Shown: in pieces, positions 37,001 through 48,109 of the stretch
How positions within the stretch are numbered: the stretch's first letter is position 1
Layout: each line of letters opens with the position of its first letter
NCBI GenBank assembly: GCA_004431415.1
Contig: QPMI01000122.1
Location: 1-64,000, forward strand
DNA: 64,000 bases
Source of the DNA: Cyanophora paradoxa CCMP329
Taxonomy: Eukaryota > Plantae > Glaucophyta
Reading direction: 5' to 3'
The notes under the pieces: generated by a model
The model's input: the letters and a program-made list of their open reading frames with translations, nothing else
Databases searched by the model: none
Told to the model about the DNA's origin: nothing
Position numbers and translations under genes: made by a program

Positions 37001-40000
37001 ACCCGACCCGCTAAGCCTTCCTCTCGGCAGCCCCGCATTCCGATACAACCCACGCACCGACACGTTCGCCAAGCCGCCGCTAGGGGCGATTGCCGCAGCC
37101 GTCGTAGCCGATTCCAGCGTGTCCGTTCTTGTGCAGAGGACGGACGCAGCACTCGCTTCAGCATCCACCGCCAGCGTCAGCGTCACGTTCCCGCCAGCCC
37201 GCGGCACTCCCGTCGCCCCCGCCAGCGGCGAGGTAATGTTCGGCGGCAGCAGCTCCGTTGCGAACTCCACCGCCGCCGAGTCCCTCGACGTCGCGCTCCC
37301 CACCGTCTGGTTCGCCACGCACGAGTACACCCGCCCCGCCTCCAGCGCGATCTGCGCGCAGGCCGTCGATGCATCGTTCAGCAACCGAACCAGGAGATCA
37401 TGGAAAACGACACGCACCGACACATCCGCCTGTCCGCTGCTCGGTGCGATGGCCGCGCTCGTCTCCACCGCCGACAATGTGTCCGTTCTCGTGCAGCGCA
37501 CCGAGGCCGCGCCCGCCCCGTCGTCCACCGCCAGCGTCAGCGTCACGTTGCCGTCCGCTCGCTTCACGCCCGTCGCCCCCGCCAGCGGCGACGTGATGTT
37601 CGGCGCTGAGAGCGCCGTCGTGAACGTGACCGACCCCGAGTCGATCGAGGTCACGCCCCCGACCGTCTGGTTCGCCACGCACGAGTACGTTCTGCCTGCC
37701 TCCAGCGCGATCTGCGCCCCGCCGCCCGTTTCCCGCTCAGTAACGTGCAGCCCTCTTCACCCAGGGCGGGCGCCTGCGCACCGATACCATGGCCCGATTG
37801 CTGGCTGGAGTGATTGCTGCGCTGGTCGTCTCCGGCAAGAGCGTGTCGGACCGAGTGCACCGCACGGAAGCCTCCGTCGCTCCGTTCTCCACCTCCAGCG
37901 TCAGCGTCACGTTGCCGTCCACCCGCTCCACACCCGTCGCCCCCGCCAGGGGATCCACGATGGCCGGAGCTCCGACTTCTGTCGTGAAGGCAACCAGCTC
38001 CGAGTCGCTCGACGTCACAGTCCCCACGCTCTGATTCGCAACGCACGAGTACGCCCGCCCAGCTTCCAGCGCGATCTGCACACCGAGAGAACCCGACCCG
38101 CTAAGCCTTCCTCTCGGCAGCCCCCGCATTCCGATGCAACCCACGCACCGACACGTTCGCCAAGCCGCCGCTAGGGGCGATTGCCGCAGCCGTCGTATCC
38201 GATTCCAGCGTGTCCGTTCTTGTGCAGAGGACGGACGCAGCACTCGCTTCAGCATCCACCGCCAGCGTCAGCGTCACGTTCCCGCCAGCCCGCGGCACTC
38301 CCGTCGCCCCCGCCAGCGGCGAGGTAATGTTCGGCGGCAGCAGCTCCGTTGCGAACTCCACCGCTGCCGAGTCCCTCGACGTCACGCTCCCCACCGTCTG
38401 GTTCGCCACGCACGAGTACACCCGCCCCGCCTCTAGCGCGATCTGCGCGCAGGCCGTCGATGCATCGTTCAGCAACCGAACCAGGAGATCATGGAAAACG
38501 ACACGCACCGACACATCCGCCTGTCCGCCGCTCGGTGCGATGGCCGCGCTCGTCTCCACCGCCGACAATGTGTCCGTTCTCGTGCAGCGCACCGAGGCCG
38601 CGCCCGCCCCGTCGTCCACCGCCAGCGTCAGCGTCACGTTGCCGTCCGCTCGCTTCACGCCCGTCGCCCCGCCAGCGGCGACGTGATGTTCGGCGCTGAG
38701 AGCGCCGTCGTGAACGTGACCGACCCCGAGTCGATCGAGGTCACGCCCCCGACCGTCTGGTTCGCCACGCAGGAGTACGTCCTGCCTGCCTCCAGCGCGA
38801 TCTGCGCCCCGCCGCCCGTTTCCCGCTCAGTAACGTGCAGCCCTCTTCACCCCAGGGCGGGCGCCTGCGCACCGATACCATGGCCCGATTGCTGGCTGGA
38901 GTGATCGCTGCGCTAGTCGTCACCGGCAAGAGCGTGTCGGACCGAGTGCACCGCACGGAAGCCTCCGTCGCTCCGTTCTCCACCTCCAGCGTCAGCGTCA
39001 CGTTGCCGCCCACCCGCTCCACACCCGTCGCCCCCGCCAGGGGATCCACGATGGCCGGAGCTCCAACTTCCGTCGTGAAGGCAACCAGCTCCGAGTCGCT
39101 CGACGTCACAGTCCCCACGCTCTGATTCGCAACGCACGAGTACGCCCGCCCAGCTTCCAGCGCGATCTGCACACCGAGAGAACCCGACCCGCTAAGCCTT
39201 CCTCTCGGCAGCCCCCGCATTCCGATACAACCCACGCACCGACACGTTCGCCAAGCCGCCGCTAGGGGCGATTGCCGCAGCCGTCGTAGCCGATTCCAGC
39301 GTGTCCGTTCTTGTGCAGAGGACGGACGCAGCACTCGCTTCAGCGTCCACCGCCAGTGTCAGCGTCACGTTCCCGCCAGCCCGCGGCACTCCCGTCGCCC
39401 CCGCCAGCGGCGAGGTAATGTTCGGCGGCAGCAGCTCCGTTGCGAACTCCACCGCCGCCGAGTCCCTCGACGTCACGCTCCCCACCGTCTGGTTCGCCAC
39501 GCACGAGTACACCCGCCCCGCCTCCAGCGCGATCTGCGCGCAGGCCGTCGATGCATCGTTCAGCAACCGAACCAGGAGATCATGGAAAACGACACGCACC
39601 GACACATCCGCCTGTCCGCCGCTCGGTGCGATGGCCGCGCTCGTCTCCACCGCCGACAATGTGTCCGTTCTCGTGCAGCGCACCGAGGCCGCGCCCGCCC
39701 CGTCGTCCACCGCCAGCGTCAGCGTCACGTTGCCGTCCGCTCGCTTCACGCCCGTCGCCCCCGCCAGCGGCGACGTGATGTTCGGCGCTGAGAGCGCCGT
39801 CGTGAACGTGACCGACCCCGAGTCGATCGAGGTCACGCCCCCGACCGTCTGGTTCGCCACGCAGGAGTACGTCCTGCCTGCCTCCAGCGCGATCTGCGCC
39901 CCGCCGCCCGTTTCCCGCTCAGTAACGTGCAGCCCTCTTCACCCCAGGGCGGGCGCCTGCGCACCGATACCATGGCCCGATTGCTGGCTGGAGTGATCGC

Positions 40001-43000
40001 TGCGCTAGTCGTCACCGGCAAGAGCGTGTCGGACCGAGTGCACCGCACGGAAGCCTCCGTCGCTCCGTTCTCCACCTCCAGCGTCAGCGTCACGTTGCCG
40101 TCCACCCGCTCCACACCCGTCGCCCCCGCCAGGGGATCCACGATGGCCGGAGCTCCGACTTCCGTCGTGAAGGCAACCAGCTCCGAGTCGCTCGACGTCA
40201 CAGTCCCCACGCTCTGATTCGCAACGCACGAGTACGCCCGCCCAGCTTCCAGCGCGATCTGCACACCGAGAGAACCCGACCCGCTAAGCCTTCCTCTCGG
40301 CAGCCCCCGCATTCCGATACAACCCACGCACCGACACGTTCGCCAAGCCGCCGCTAGGGGCGATTGCCGCAGCCGTCGTAGCCGATTCCAGCGTGTCCGT
40401 TCTTGTGCAGAGGACGGACGCAGCACTCGCTTCAGCATCCACCGCCAGCGTCAGCGTCACGTTCCCGCCAGCCCGCGGCACTCCCGTCGCCCCGCCAGCG
40501 GCGAGGTAATGTTCGGCGGCAGCAGCTCCGTTGCGAACTCCACCGCCGCCGAGTCCCTCGACGTCACGCTCCCCACCGTCTGGTTCGCCACGCACGAGTA
40601 CACCCGCCCCGCCTCCAGCGCGATCTGCGCGCAGGCCGTCGATGCATCGTTCAGCAACCGAACCAGGAGATCATGGAAAACGACACGCACCGACACATCC
40701 GCCTGTCCGCCGCTCGGTGCGATGGCCGCGCTCGTCTCCACCGCCGACAATGTGTCCGTTCTCGTGCAGCGCACCGAGGCCGCGCCCGCCCCGTCGTCCA
40801 CCGCCAGCGTCAGCGTCACGTTGCCGTCCGCTCGCTTCACGCCCGTCGCCCCGCCAGCGGCGACGTGATGTTCGGCGCTGAGAGCGCCGTCGTGAACGTG
40901 ACCGACCCCGAGTCGATCGAGGTCACGCCCCCGACCGTCTGGTTCGCCACGCAGGAGTACGTCCTGCCTGCCTCCAGCGCGATCTGCGCCCCGCCGCCCG
41001 TTTCCCGCTCAGTAACGTGCAGCCCTCTTCACCCCAGGGCGGGCGCCTGCGCACCGATACCATGGCCCGATTGCTGGCTGGAGTGATCGCTGCGCTAGTC
41101 GTCACCGGCAAGAGCGTGTCGGACCGAGTGCACCGCACGGAAGCCTCCGTCGCTCCGTTCTCCACCTCCAGCGTCAGCGTCACGTTGCCGCCCACCCGCT
41201 CCACACCCGTCGCCCCCGCCAGGGGATCCACGATGGCCGGAGCTCCAACTTCCGTCGTGAAGGCAACCAGCTCCGAGTCGCTCGACGTCACAGTCCCCAC
41301 GCTCTGATTCGCAACGCACGAGTACGCCCGCCCAGCTTCCAGCGCGATCTGCACACCGAGAGAACCCGACCCGCTAAGCCTTCCTCTCGGCAGCCCCCCC
41401 ATTCCGATACAACCCACGCACCGACACGTTCGCCAAGCCGCCGCTAGGGGCGATTGCCGCAGCCGTCGTAGCCGATTCCAGCGTGTCCGTTCTTGTGCAG
41501 AGGACGGACGCAGCACTCGCTTCAGCGTCCACCGCCAGCGTCAGCGTCACGTTCCCGCCAGCCCGCGGCACTCCCGTCGCCCCCGCCAGCGGCGAGGTAA
41601 TGTTCGGCGGCAGCAGCTCCGTTGCGAACTCCACCGCCGCCGAGTCCCTCGACGTCACGCTCCCCACCGTCTGGTTCGCCACGCACGAGTACACCCGCCC
41701 CGCCTCCAGCGCGATCTGCGCGCAGGCCGTCGATGCATCGTTCAGCAACCGAACCAGGAGATCATGGAAAACGACACGCACCGACACATCCGCCTGGCCG
41801 CCGCTCGGTGCGATGGCCGCGCTCGTCTCCACCGCCGACAATGTGTCCGTTCTCGTGCAGCGCACCGAGGCCGCGCCCGCCCCGTCGTCCACCGCCAGCG
41901 TCAGCGTCACGTTGCCGTCCGCTCGCTTCACGCCCGTCGCCCCCGCCAGCGGCGACGTGATGTTCGGCGCTGAGAGCGCCGTCGTGAACGTGACCGACCC
42001 CGAGTCGATCGAGGTAACGCCCCCGACCGTCTGGTTCGCCACGCACGAGTACGTTCTGCCTGCCTCCAGCGCGATCTTGGCGAGGATTAGCTAGAGTTTG
42101 CACCAAAAAAGTTACACGTACAGATATAGATGCTGTGTCGAATACTGGGAAAATTGAAGAGCTTGCGGTGAATGTCGATCCAGAGTCTGATCGAAGACAT
42201 CTTACCGCGATCCAAGTTGCCCAGAAGTCTACAGACACCTTAATTGTGACGTGTCCGTTCATATTTCGAGAAACAGAAGTGGAGCTTTGAACTGGTGACG
42301 AAATAGATGGCGGAGACACCGAGAGGGGATCTAATGCCGAAATGGACACGTTGTTGAGCACGGTCATGGAGCAGTTCTGCGGCACAGTGAAGTTGACAGT
42401 CACGTTGTAGAAGACGATGCGGGTCGCGGGGGTTGTAGGCCAGGTCGTGCTGTTCTCCAGGGAGGCGACGAGGGAGGTCAGGTCCGACGCCGTGCTGGGC
42501 GTGAACGTGGTGTTGCCCAGGTCTCCAGCAAGGAGGCCCCCAGCGTCCGATGTTATCGTGCAGTTGATTGGGCTCTCTCCAAACACGACGAAAGAAGACG
42601 AGCAGCCGAAGGTAGCACCTGGACCAGAGTTGGAAAGGCTCTAACGAACAAGTAGAGAATACTTACCGTACAAGGCGATTGACCCTGAGCCCACTGCATC
42701 CGAGCTTCCCACTGCAGGGTTCCATGCCACCGCGACTGACGCGCTCGTCGAGGTGGAAGTCAACGATGCAAAAGCTGTGAGTTGCAGCACGGAATTGCTC
42801 AAAGTAGTGGGGTTGACTGTCAAGTCCGAAGATGACGTGACCACGAAATCATCCAGGAGCAGAGGGGCCGCTACGGCTGTCCCACCACTGAAAGAACAAG
42901 ACGACTGAGAGCCACGTGATAGCCTGGAGGGGTTGCAGCTGAGCGTCCAGTTCGCAGAGAGGTCGACGAGAGTGACCGTGAAAGATGCAATGCTGGTGGA

Positions 43001-44956
43001 GCCCCAGGTCGAGCTGAAGGCTATTGAGATCGTTGCAGTTGTTGCCGCTGAGCTGGAGTTTCCAGTGGCGGTCAATGAGAATGAGCTGGTCGCCTGGTCC
43101 CAGAATGTGTTCGACAACGTGAGCCCTGTCGAACTCACTGCTATGGTAAAGTCGCTAAGGAAAAGAGTACCGATTGACCCCCCTCCAGTTGCAGAGCAAG
43201 ACATGCTCGTGGTGCGTCTCATTCTAGATCGATCGCAGGACAAGCTGTACGGCGATGTGCTAGTGTCCAGGTCTGCAGGCAGGTCAGAGACAAAATGACG
43301 AGGGCGTACAGAAAGGAGCACCAAATATGTCGACAAAGTAGGCACTTGAGCTGATATTCGGGAATGAGCTTGTTGAGCATACAATACTTGTGTCCAACTG
43401 GACATAAACCGAGCCAGAGTTCTGTAGCATTGCGCTGTCCGCTGTGAGTGTGAAGGTCAAGTTCGATGTTGTTATCCAACTTGGGTTGGTGACTGTTAAG
43501 CCAGAGCTGGCTTTAAACAGAAGATCAGATGTCAGGAAGTTGGATGAGACGATCCCGCCGGTCAGTGTGCAAATGGTAGAGAAACCCCTTCTTAAACGAC
43601 TTGCCAAGCAAGACAGGCTCCAGGTCCCAACGCTTGTTATGCCTGTGAAACGATTTAGAAAGACATGACGAAGCCAGCACACTAGTTGAATTGCTGCTCA
43701 CTGATGGCTGTCAAGCTCGAAGATGATGCGAGAGTGCGTGATGCTCCTGCCCTCAATGTAAGAGAAGCTGTGTTCCACACTGCAGTCACAGTTGCACTCC
43801 CAGTGCTGGAGCTTGATGTCGTCAGCGTCCACGTCCAGTCAGAGGAAACTCTGCGTGGTTTTGGCAGGTTCTGTCAGGTTCAACGATAACTGTTTTTTTT
43901 AAAAAAGAGCCATAGCCATACCGTGATGCCGCACCAACTGCGAAGACCGGTGTGCTGCTCGAGTTCGATAGGACCTCAGATCCATCGAAGTAGGCACTCC
44001 CCGAAATAACTGCTCCAGAGAAGGTGCAGGTGGCAGTTGACCCCAGCAAGAACCTTGTGTACCCACAGGACACACTGCCTCCACTAATATCTGTGGAGGA
44101 GATTCAAGAATCGCAAAGGCGCGCGGGAGACGAAAAGCACCAATAGAGGACACAGTTGTTTTGTTGCCAAGAAAGGTCAACTGCCAAGGTGAATTACAAT
44201 CTGAAGCGGTATTCGGGTATGTGCAGGATTGAGTAAAGTGCCGCAGGTACGACATAAACGTCAGTTTCCGTGCTTGGGTGCTTGTATAGGTAAAGGTCTT
44301 GCCAGCACAAGGGGCAGCACTGGTTCCACAAGCTGTGCCAGTCAGGATGACTTGGTCGCATGAGCAGGTTCCTGTTGTAGGCGCCGTGAAGCCCGTGGTG
44401 GCATCACAGGCAGAAGGCGCGATGCAGTCTTGGTAGTACTGGCCACTGCAAGTGGTTGCTGCCCCACTGATCGTGTAGCCTGTACAGGTCGTTCCAAACG
44501 TAAAGCCCGGAACTGTTGCACTGGATGAACCAAGCGAAAGCTCCGTAGATGTTACAGGTGGATCTGAGGTGGGACGGACTTGTGCGCCTGCCAATGGGAT
44601 GTCAAGAAGGTATGACTTGTATAGCGTCCTTGAGCCCGAGCCCGTGGCTTCTGTTCCCAGAAAACAAGTGGAGGCAGAATATGAGCATGTGACCACGGTC
44701 CCGACTTGAACTTTGGTGGGCGAACAGCTCAGGAATGCGGGAAGAGTGTGCGCGGCTGCACCAGGTTTGCCACAGACCGGATAAGTCACTGCGCCACCTG
44801 ATGCCTGCTGCCACATCGTGCACATGATGATGCATGCAAGGTTGAGAACCCAGGGCGGAATCAGAATCTGCTGCAGAAGGATTACTGACATCAGCCAGCG
44901 TCAATCTTCCAGCTAACCTTTGCAAGTCTTTTCCTCGTTCTCCACCTGGTCTCCAT
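9725..44956 (-). CDS. Giant (~9,500-10,000 aa, estimated) secreted multi-module repeat glycoprotein, ~100 exons
   Basis: ATG 44956 METRWRTRKRLAK|QILIPPWVLNLACIIMCTMWQQASG gives a signal-peptide pattern (intron 44917-44871). A chain of frame-compatible exons continues through the RLRRG modules, FN3/Ig-like arrays and IPT/TIG domains to ...FVAVAFASF* (TGA 9727-9725). I saw no intergenic-type break. Thr/Ser/Ala/Val-rich with abundant N-x-S/T sequons. Confidence 0.75.
10190..13760 (-). repeat. About 9 tandem IPT/TIG domains of the giant protein
   Basis: Repeated 'V..P..GP..GG..VTV.G.NF/GF' starts, e.g. AITAVEPSSGPPGSVVTIIG, VFAVEPNNGPAGATITVTG, VTGVSPASGPAAGGNAVTVSG, LEPAAAPLSGGALVTVYGAGF. Units end in F.Y/F.F. 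Confidence 0.8.
13799..23035 (-). repeat. About 25 ~100-aa 'C..RLRRGG.K.C' modules, mostly one per phase-1 exon
   Basis: Recurrent DA(T/S)F.C..PLRLRRGG.K.CTV...G.P...DF...AD..QT...IF. Most units are bounded by ...TTC G|GTGCG and CAG|AC. Confidence 0.8.
15223..15875 (-). repeat. Two-exon block duplicated at 17751-18400; adjacent exon 15895-16262 duplicated at 17320-17687
   Basis: Near-identical nucleotide sequence, including parts of the introns (e.g. DATFACDTPLRLRHGGTKNC and TPTHGLPIPADFDTTTS exons occur twice). Confidence 0.85.
25330..31087 (-). repeat. Higher-order tandem array A: ~1,092-bp trimer (3 exons + 3 introns), ~5.3 copies
   Basis: Exon types ending ...SNHATVS, ...GLAAVS and ...GSTMVS recur with ~1,092-bp period (matching ORF starts 26368, 28551, 29643, 30735). 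Copies are near-identical, introns included. Confidence 0.92.
33050..42075 (-). repeat. Higher-order tandem array B: a different ~1,092-bp trimer, ~8.3 copies
   Basis: Exon types ending ...GQADVS, ...GLANVS and ...NRAMVS. Same-type exon starts near 42075, 40985, 39894, 38802, 37711, 36620, 35528, 34435 and 33347. Confidence 0.92.
42450..44740 (-). repeat. About 6 divergent N-terminal 'C..RL.RG..C' modules plus a Cys-rich segment
   Basis: WSLSCLASRLRRGFSTIC, YSLSCDRSRMRRTTSMSC, WTLSCNPSRLSRGSQSSC, VSCGYTRFLLGSTATC, FLSCSPTKVQVGTVVTC. Confidence 0.65.
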
Positions 44957-45600
44957 ACTATGCTGAAGCATGCGCCTGGCGATATGCATGCTGCGTTCAC
45001 AGCGGACAGACGCGTGCGCTTGCCTGGGCTGCAACATGGCTGGACTCTGCTGGCGATGCCTCTGTCGCCAGAGAGCGCGAAGCAGTTCGATTAAAGCGGC
45101 TCCAGCGCTCACACGGGACCTCGGCAAGAATGCCCAGGGTCGAGCGCTTCTGAACGCAAGCTGCAGATGTGCTTGCTGCAACGCTCGATGTGCTGCTTTG
45201 CTTAGCTATCCTTAGCTAAGAGTGGCTGTCCCGCCAATTGCATCCGCATCAGGCCTCGTCCGCGCTGCGCGTCGATGGGCTTGACAGCTGGCCGCGTGCA
45301 TCGCCCGTGATCAAACGATGGTAGAAGAGCGACTGATGCCTCGATAGCGCCGGCGATGGGGAGCTGAGCTGGCTTAGTTCGTGGCCAGCACCGATCTGGG
45401 CGCAGCAGGACGGAAGCCTGCTGGAGTTCGACGCGCTCCTGGACGCACGGGCGGCGAGCTGGGCCCTGCTAGGCCCGGTTCAAGGCTGACAAGGCTGCCA
45501 AGGCAGCGATTGGGGGTACACGGGTCAGGGGGACTGGTGCAAGTCGTCTTTGCAGCGGTCGTCTTTGCTCGCGCGAGTCTAGAATCGGAGGCCTCGCGCA
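44957..45600. promoter_or_regulatory. Putative bidirectional promoter / 5' UTR region between the giant gene and PMT
   Basis: ~645 bp between divergent inferred start codons. No specific motif identified. Confidence 0.45.
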
Positions 45601-47945
45601 ATGGCTTCCGAGGTTCGCCGGCGGAAGCAGGAACCGGTGGCTTCGAGGCCGTCGGACGCGGCTTCCCGCGATGCGGAGGACACGAAGAAAGAGGCGGGGC
45701 CGAAGCTGCTCGTCGCCACCTGGGACCAGACGTGGGCGAGTTCGAAGGATAACTCACTCGGACTCGTCCTCATCATCTGCATTCTTGCGTTCGCGACCCG
45801 CTTCTGGATGCTCTGGAATCCGCCTGAAGTCGTCTTCGACGAGGCCCGTCACGCCGCCGCTTCCCGCCATGTCCGCCGTCTGATGCTGCGGGCCTGCAGG
45901 TTCACTTCGGCAAGTTCGCGAATGGCTACCTCACCGGCAAGTTCTTCTTCGATATCCATCCGGTGCGCGATTGGGTTCGAGCCAAGCAAACGTGTGCCCT
46001 CGAACACGCGCCCCTGCAGCCGCTGGGCAAGATGCTTCTGGCGTGGGCCGCGGGCTTCAACAAGGAGTACCACGCGGACTTCGAGTTCAAGAACATCGGG
46101 GACAAGTACGAGGACGGGCACCACGTACCGTACCTGCTCCTTCGCGGGGCGCCCGCGTTGTATGGCACTCCCTCCCTCGAATTCTGCTCAGCTTCCTGAC
46201 CCGCTTCCCGCCCGACAGCGCGAGCGCGCTGACGTGCCCGCTGGTGTTCTTCACGGCGCGGCAGCTGGGCGCGTCCCTGACGGCGTCGTTCCTGGCGGCG
46301 TGCATGATCGTGTTCGACACGGCGCTGCTCGTCCAGTCCCGCCTCATCCTCATCGACAGCTTCCTGTTCTTCTTCATCACCCTTGCCATGCTCTGCTCGT
46401 TCTGGTGCGTCCTGCGCGCCGCCCCGCTCGCGCCGGCCGCCGAGGCACCCGCCGGCGCAGCCTGCACAGCTACACGCAGGACGACAGGCGCCTCTTCTCG
46501 CGGGGCTACTACTTCTGGCTGGTCGCAACGGGCGTCTCGGCGGGCCTCGCCGCGAGCGTCAAGTGGACCGCCCTCGCCGCCGTGGGCGCCATCGGGCTCC
46601 ACCACGTGATCATGGTGAGCCCGCGCGCGCCGGGCCAGCCGGGCGGCCCGCGCGCTCGGTGCCGGCGGTGACTGGCCCCGGCGCGGGCGCAGCCGTTCGC
46701 GCCCATGCGGCTGCCGCGGCTCGCCTTCCGTCTCGTGCGGGCGCTCGGCGGGCTGCTCCGCCAGCTCGCCGGCCGCCCGCCCCTAGAGGAAGAGGCAGCT
46801 AGCGCCCCGCCGCCGCCGCGCGCCGCGTCCGAGCCGCGGCCGCGCAGACGCTGTACAACCTGCGGGCGAAGGGCGCGACTGGCTCGCTCCCGCGCCTCTT
46901 CGGGGACCTCCTCACGCGCGCCCTCTTCCTCGCCGCCCTCCCCGTCGTCGTCTACGTCTTCTTCCAGGCGCGCCCCGCCCGGCTCCCCCGCCGCCCGCCC
47001 CGCGCCGCCGCCGCCTGAGGCCGGCGCAGTGGCTCCACTTCCGCATGCTGCCGCTCTCAGGCCCCGGGGACCCCTTCATGACCCCCGCCTTCCGCGCCAC
47101 CCTCGAGGCCCGCCCCGCCCCGCCCCGTCCCGCCCGCCCCGCGGCGCTCGCGGCGCGACGCGGGGCGCAGGGGAGCCTGAGCGCGGGGGAGCGGGCGGCG
47201 GCGGGCCCGATCAGCTTCTTCGAGAAGACGTGGGAGATGATGCGGACGATGTACGCGACGAACGCGGCGATCAAGGAGCCGCACTCGTGGCAGTCCGAGT
47301 GGTGGACGTGGCCGCTGAACAAGCGCGGCATCCACTACTGGCAGGGGCGCTCCCCCGGCAACCACCCGGAGACCGGCGAGGCCCTCGCCGTCCGCATCTA
47401 CCTCCTCGGCAACCCCGCCGTCTGGTGGGGCTCCTCCGTCCTCGTCGGTGCCCCCGCCCCGACCCGTCCCGCCCCCCCACCGCGGGGCCCGGCGCTGAGG
47501 CCGAAAGCCAGCGATCTCGCTGGTGGTGGGCGGGGCGATGCTGCTCTTCGAGATCCCCTTCTCGGCGGCCTCGCAGCGCTACCTCTCCCTCACCGCCTTC
47601 CTCTTCATGGAGTGGCTCCTCAACCTTCTCCCGTCCGCCCACCCCGCCCTGCTCACCCCCGCACGCGCGCCCGCCCTGACGCCAGCTGCCCCGCGCAGCT
47701 ACGTGCCGATCAAGCGGTGCACGTTCCTCTACCACTACTTCCCGGCGCTCCTCTGCGCGATCTACATGAGCGCGGTGCTGCTCGAGCGCGTCTTCGGGGG
47801 CCGCCCCCGCCTCCTCAAGGCCGTCGCCGCCGCCCTCCTCGCCGTGATCGTCGCCGCCTACTGGTACTGGTCGCCCTTCGTCTACGCCCTGCCCCTCACC
47901 AACTCCCAATTCGAGGCCCGCGTCTGGCTCAACGGCTGGCGCTAG
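45601..47945 (+). CDS. PMT: Dolichyl-phosphate-mannose:protein O-mannosyltransferase (GT39), lacking MIR domains
   Basis: Spliced VVFDE|[21 protein letters not shown]|PLGKML (catalytic DE motif), [36 protein letters not shown] and FLYHYFPAL. Ten introns, four with GC donors. Confidence 0.93.
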
Positions 47946-48109
47946 GCCTCCCTGCCCCCGCTTGCTCCCACCAATTTTGCAGTTTGCAGTTTTTATCAAC
48001 GTGGTCTTATCGACCTCTCTCTCGTAATTTTGAGGCCCGCGTGTCGCTCGAAACCGAGGGCTGCATTGAAAGAGGGAAGGGAAAGGCGAGGGCGGGGCGG
48101 GCGGGGCTG

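Noticed and set aside
27300-40860. Frameshifts in array exons (near 27312, 33660, 33810, 33925, 34023, 34748, 38668, 40491, 40850) as pseudogenisation or programmed frameshifting
   Set aside because: All are single-base losses in C/G runs. The same pattern occurs in unrelated genes (near 215, 10035, 55513), which points to long-read consensus error. Reads would be needed to exclude a real lesion.
25719-42094. Long plus-strand ORFs antisense to the arrays
   Set aside because: They are mirror frames of Thr/Ala/Val codons, with no splice-consistent or domain-like signal on that strand.
23470-42120. Arrays as CRISPR, satellite DNA or transposon copies
   Set aside because: There is no repeat-spacer structure, TIR/LTR or transposase/RT motif. 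The units are spliceable exons with conserved reading frames.
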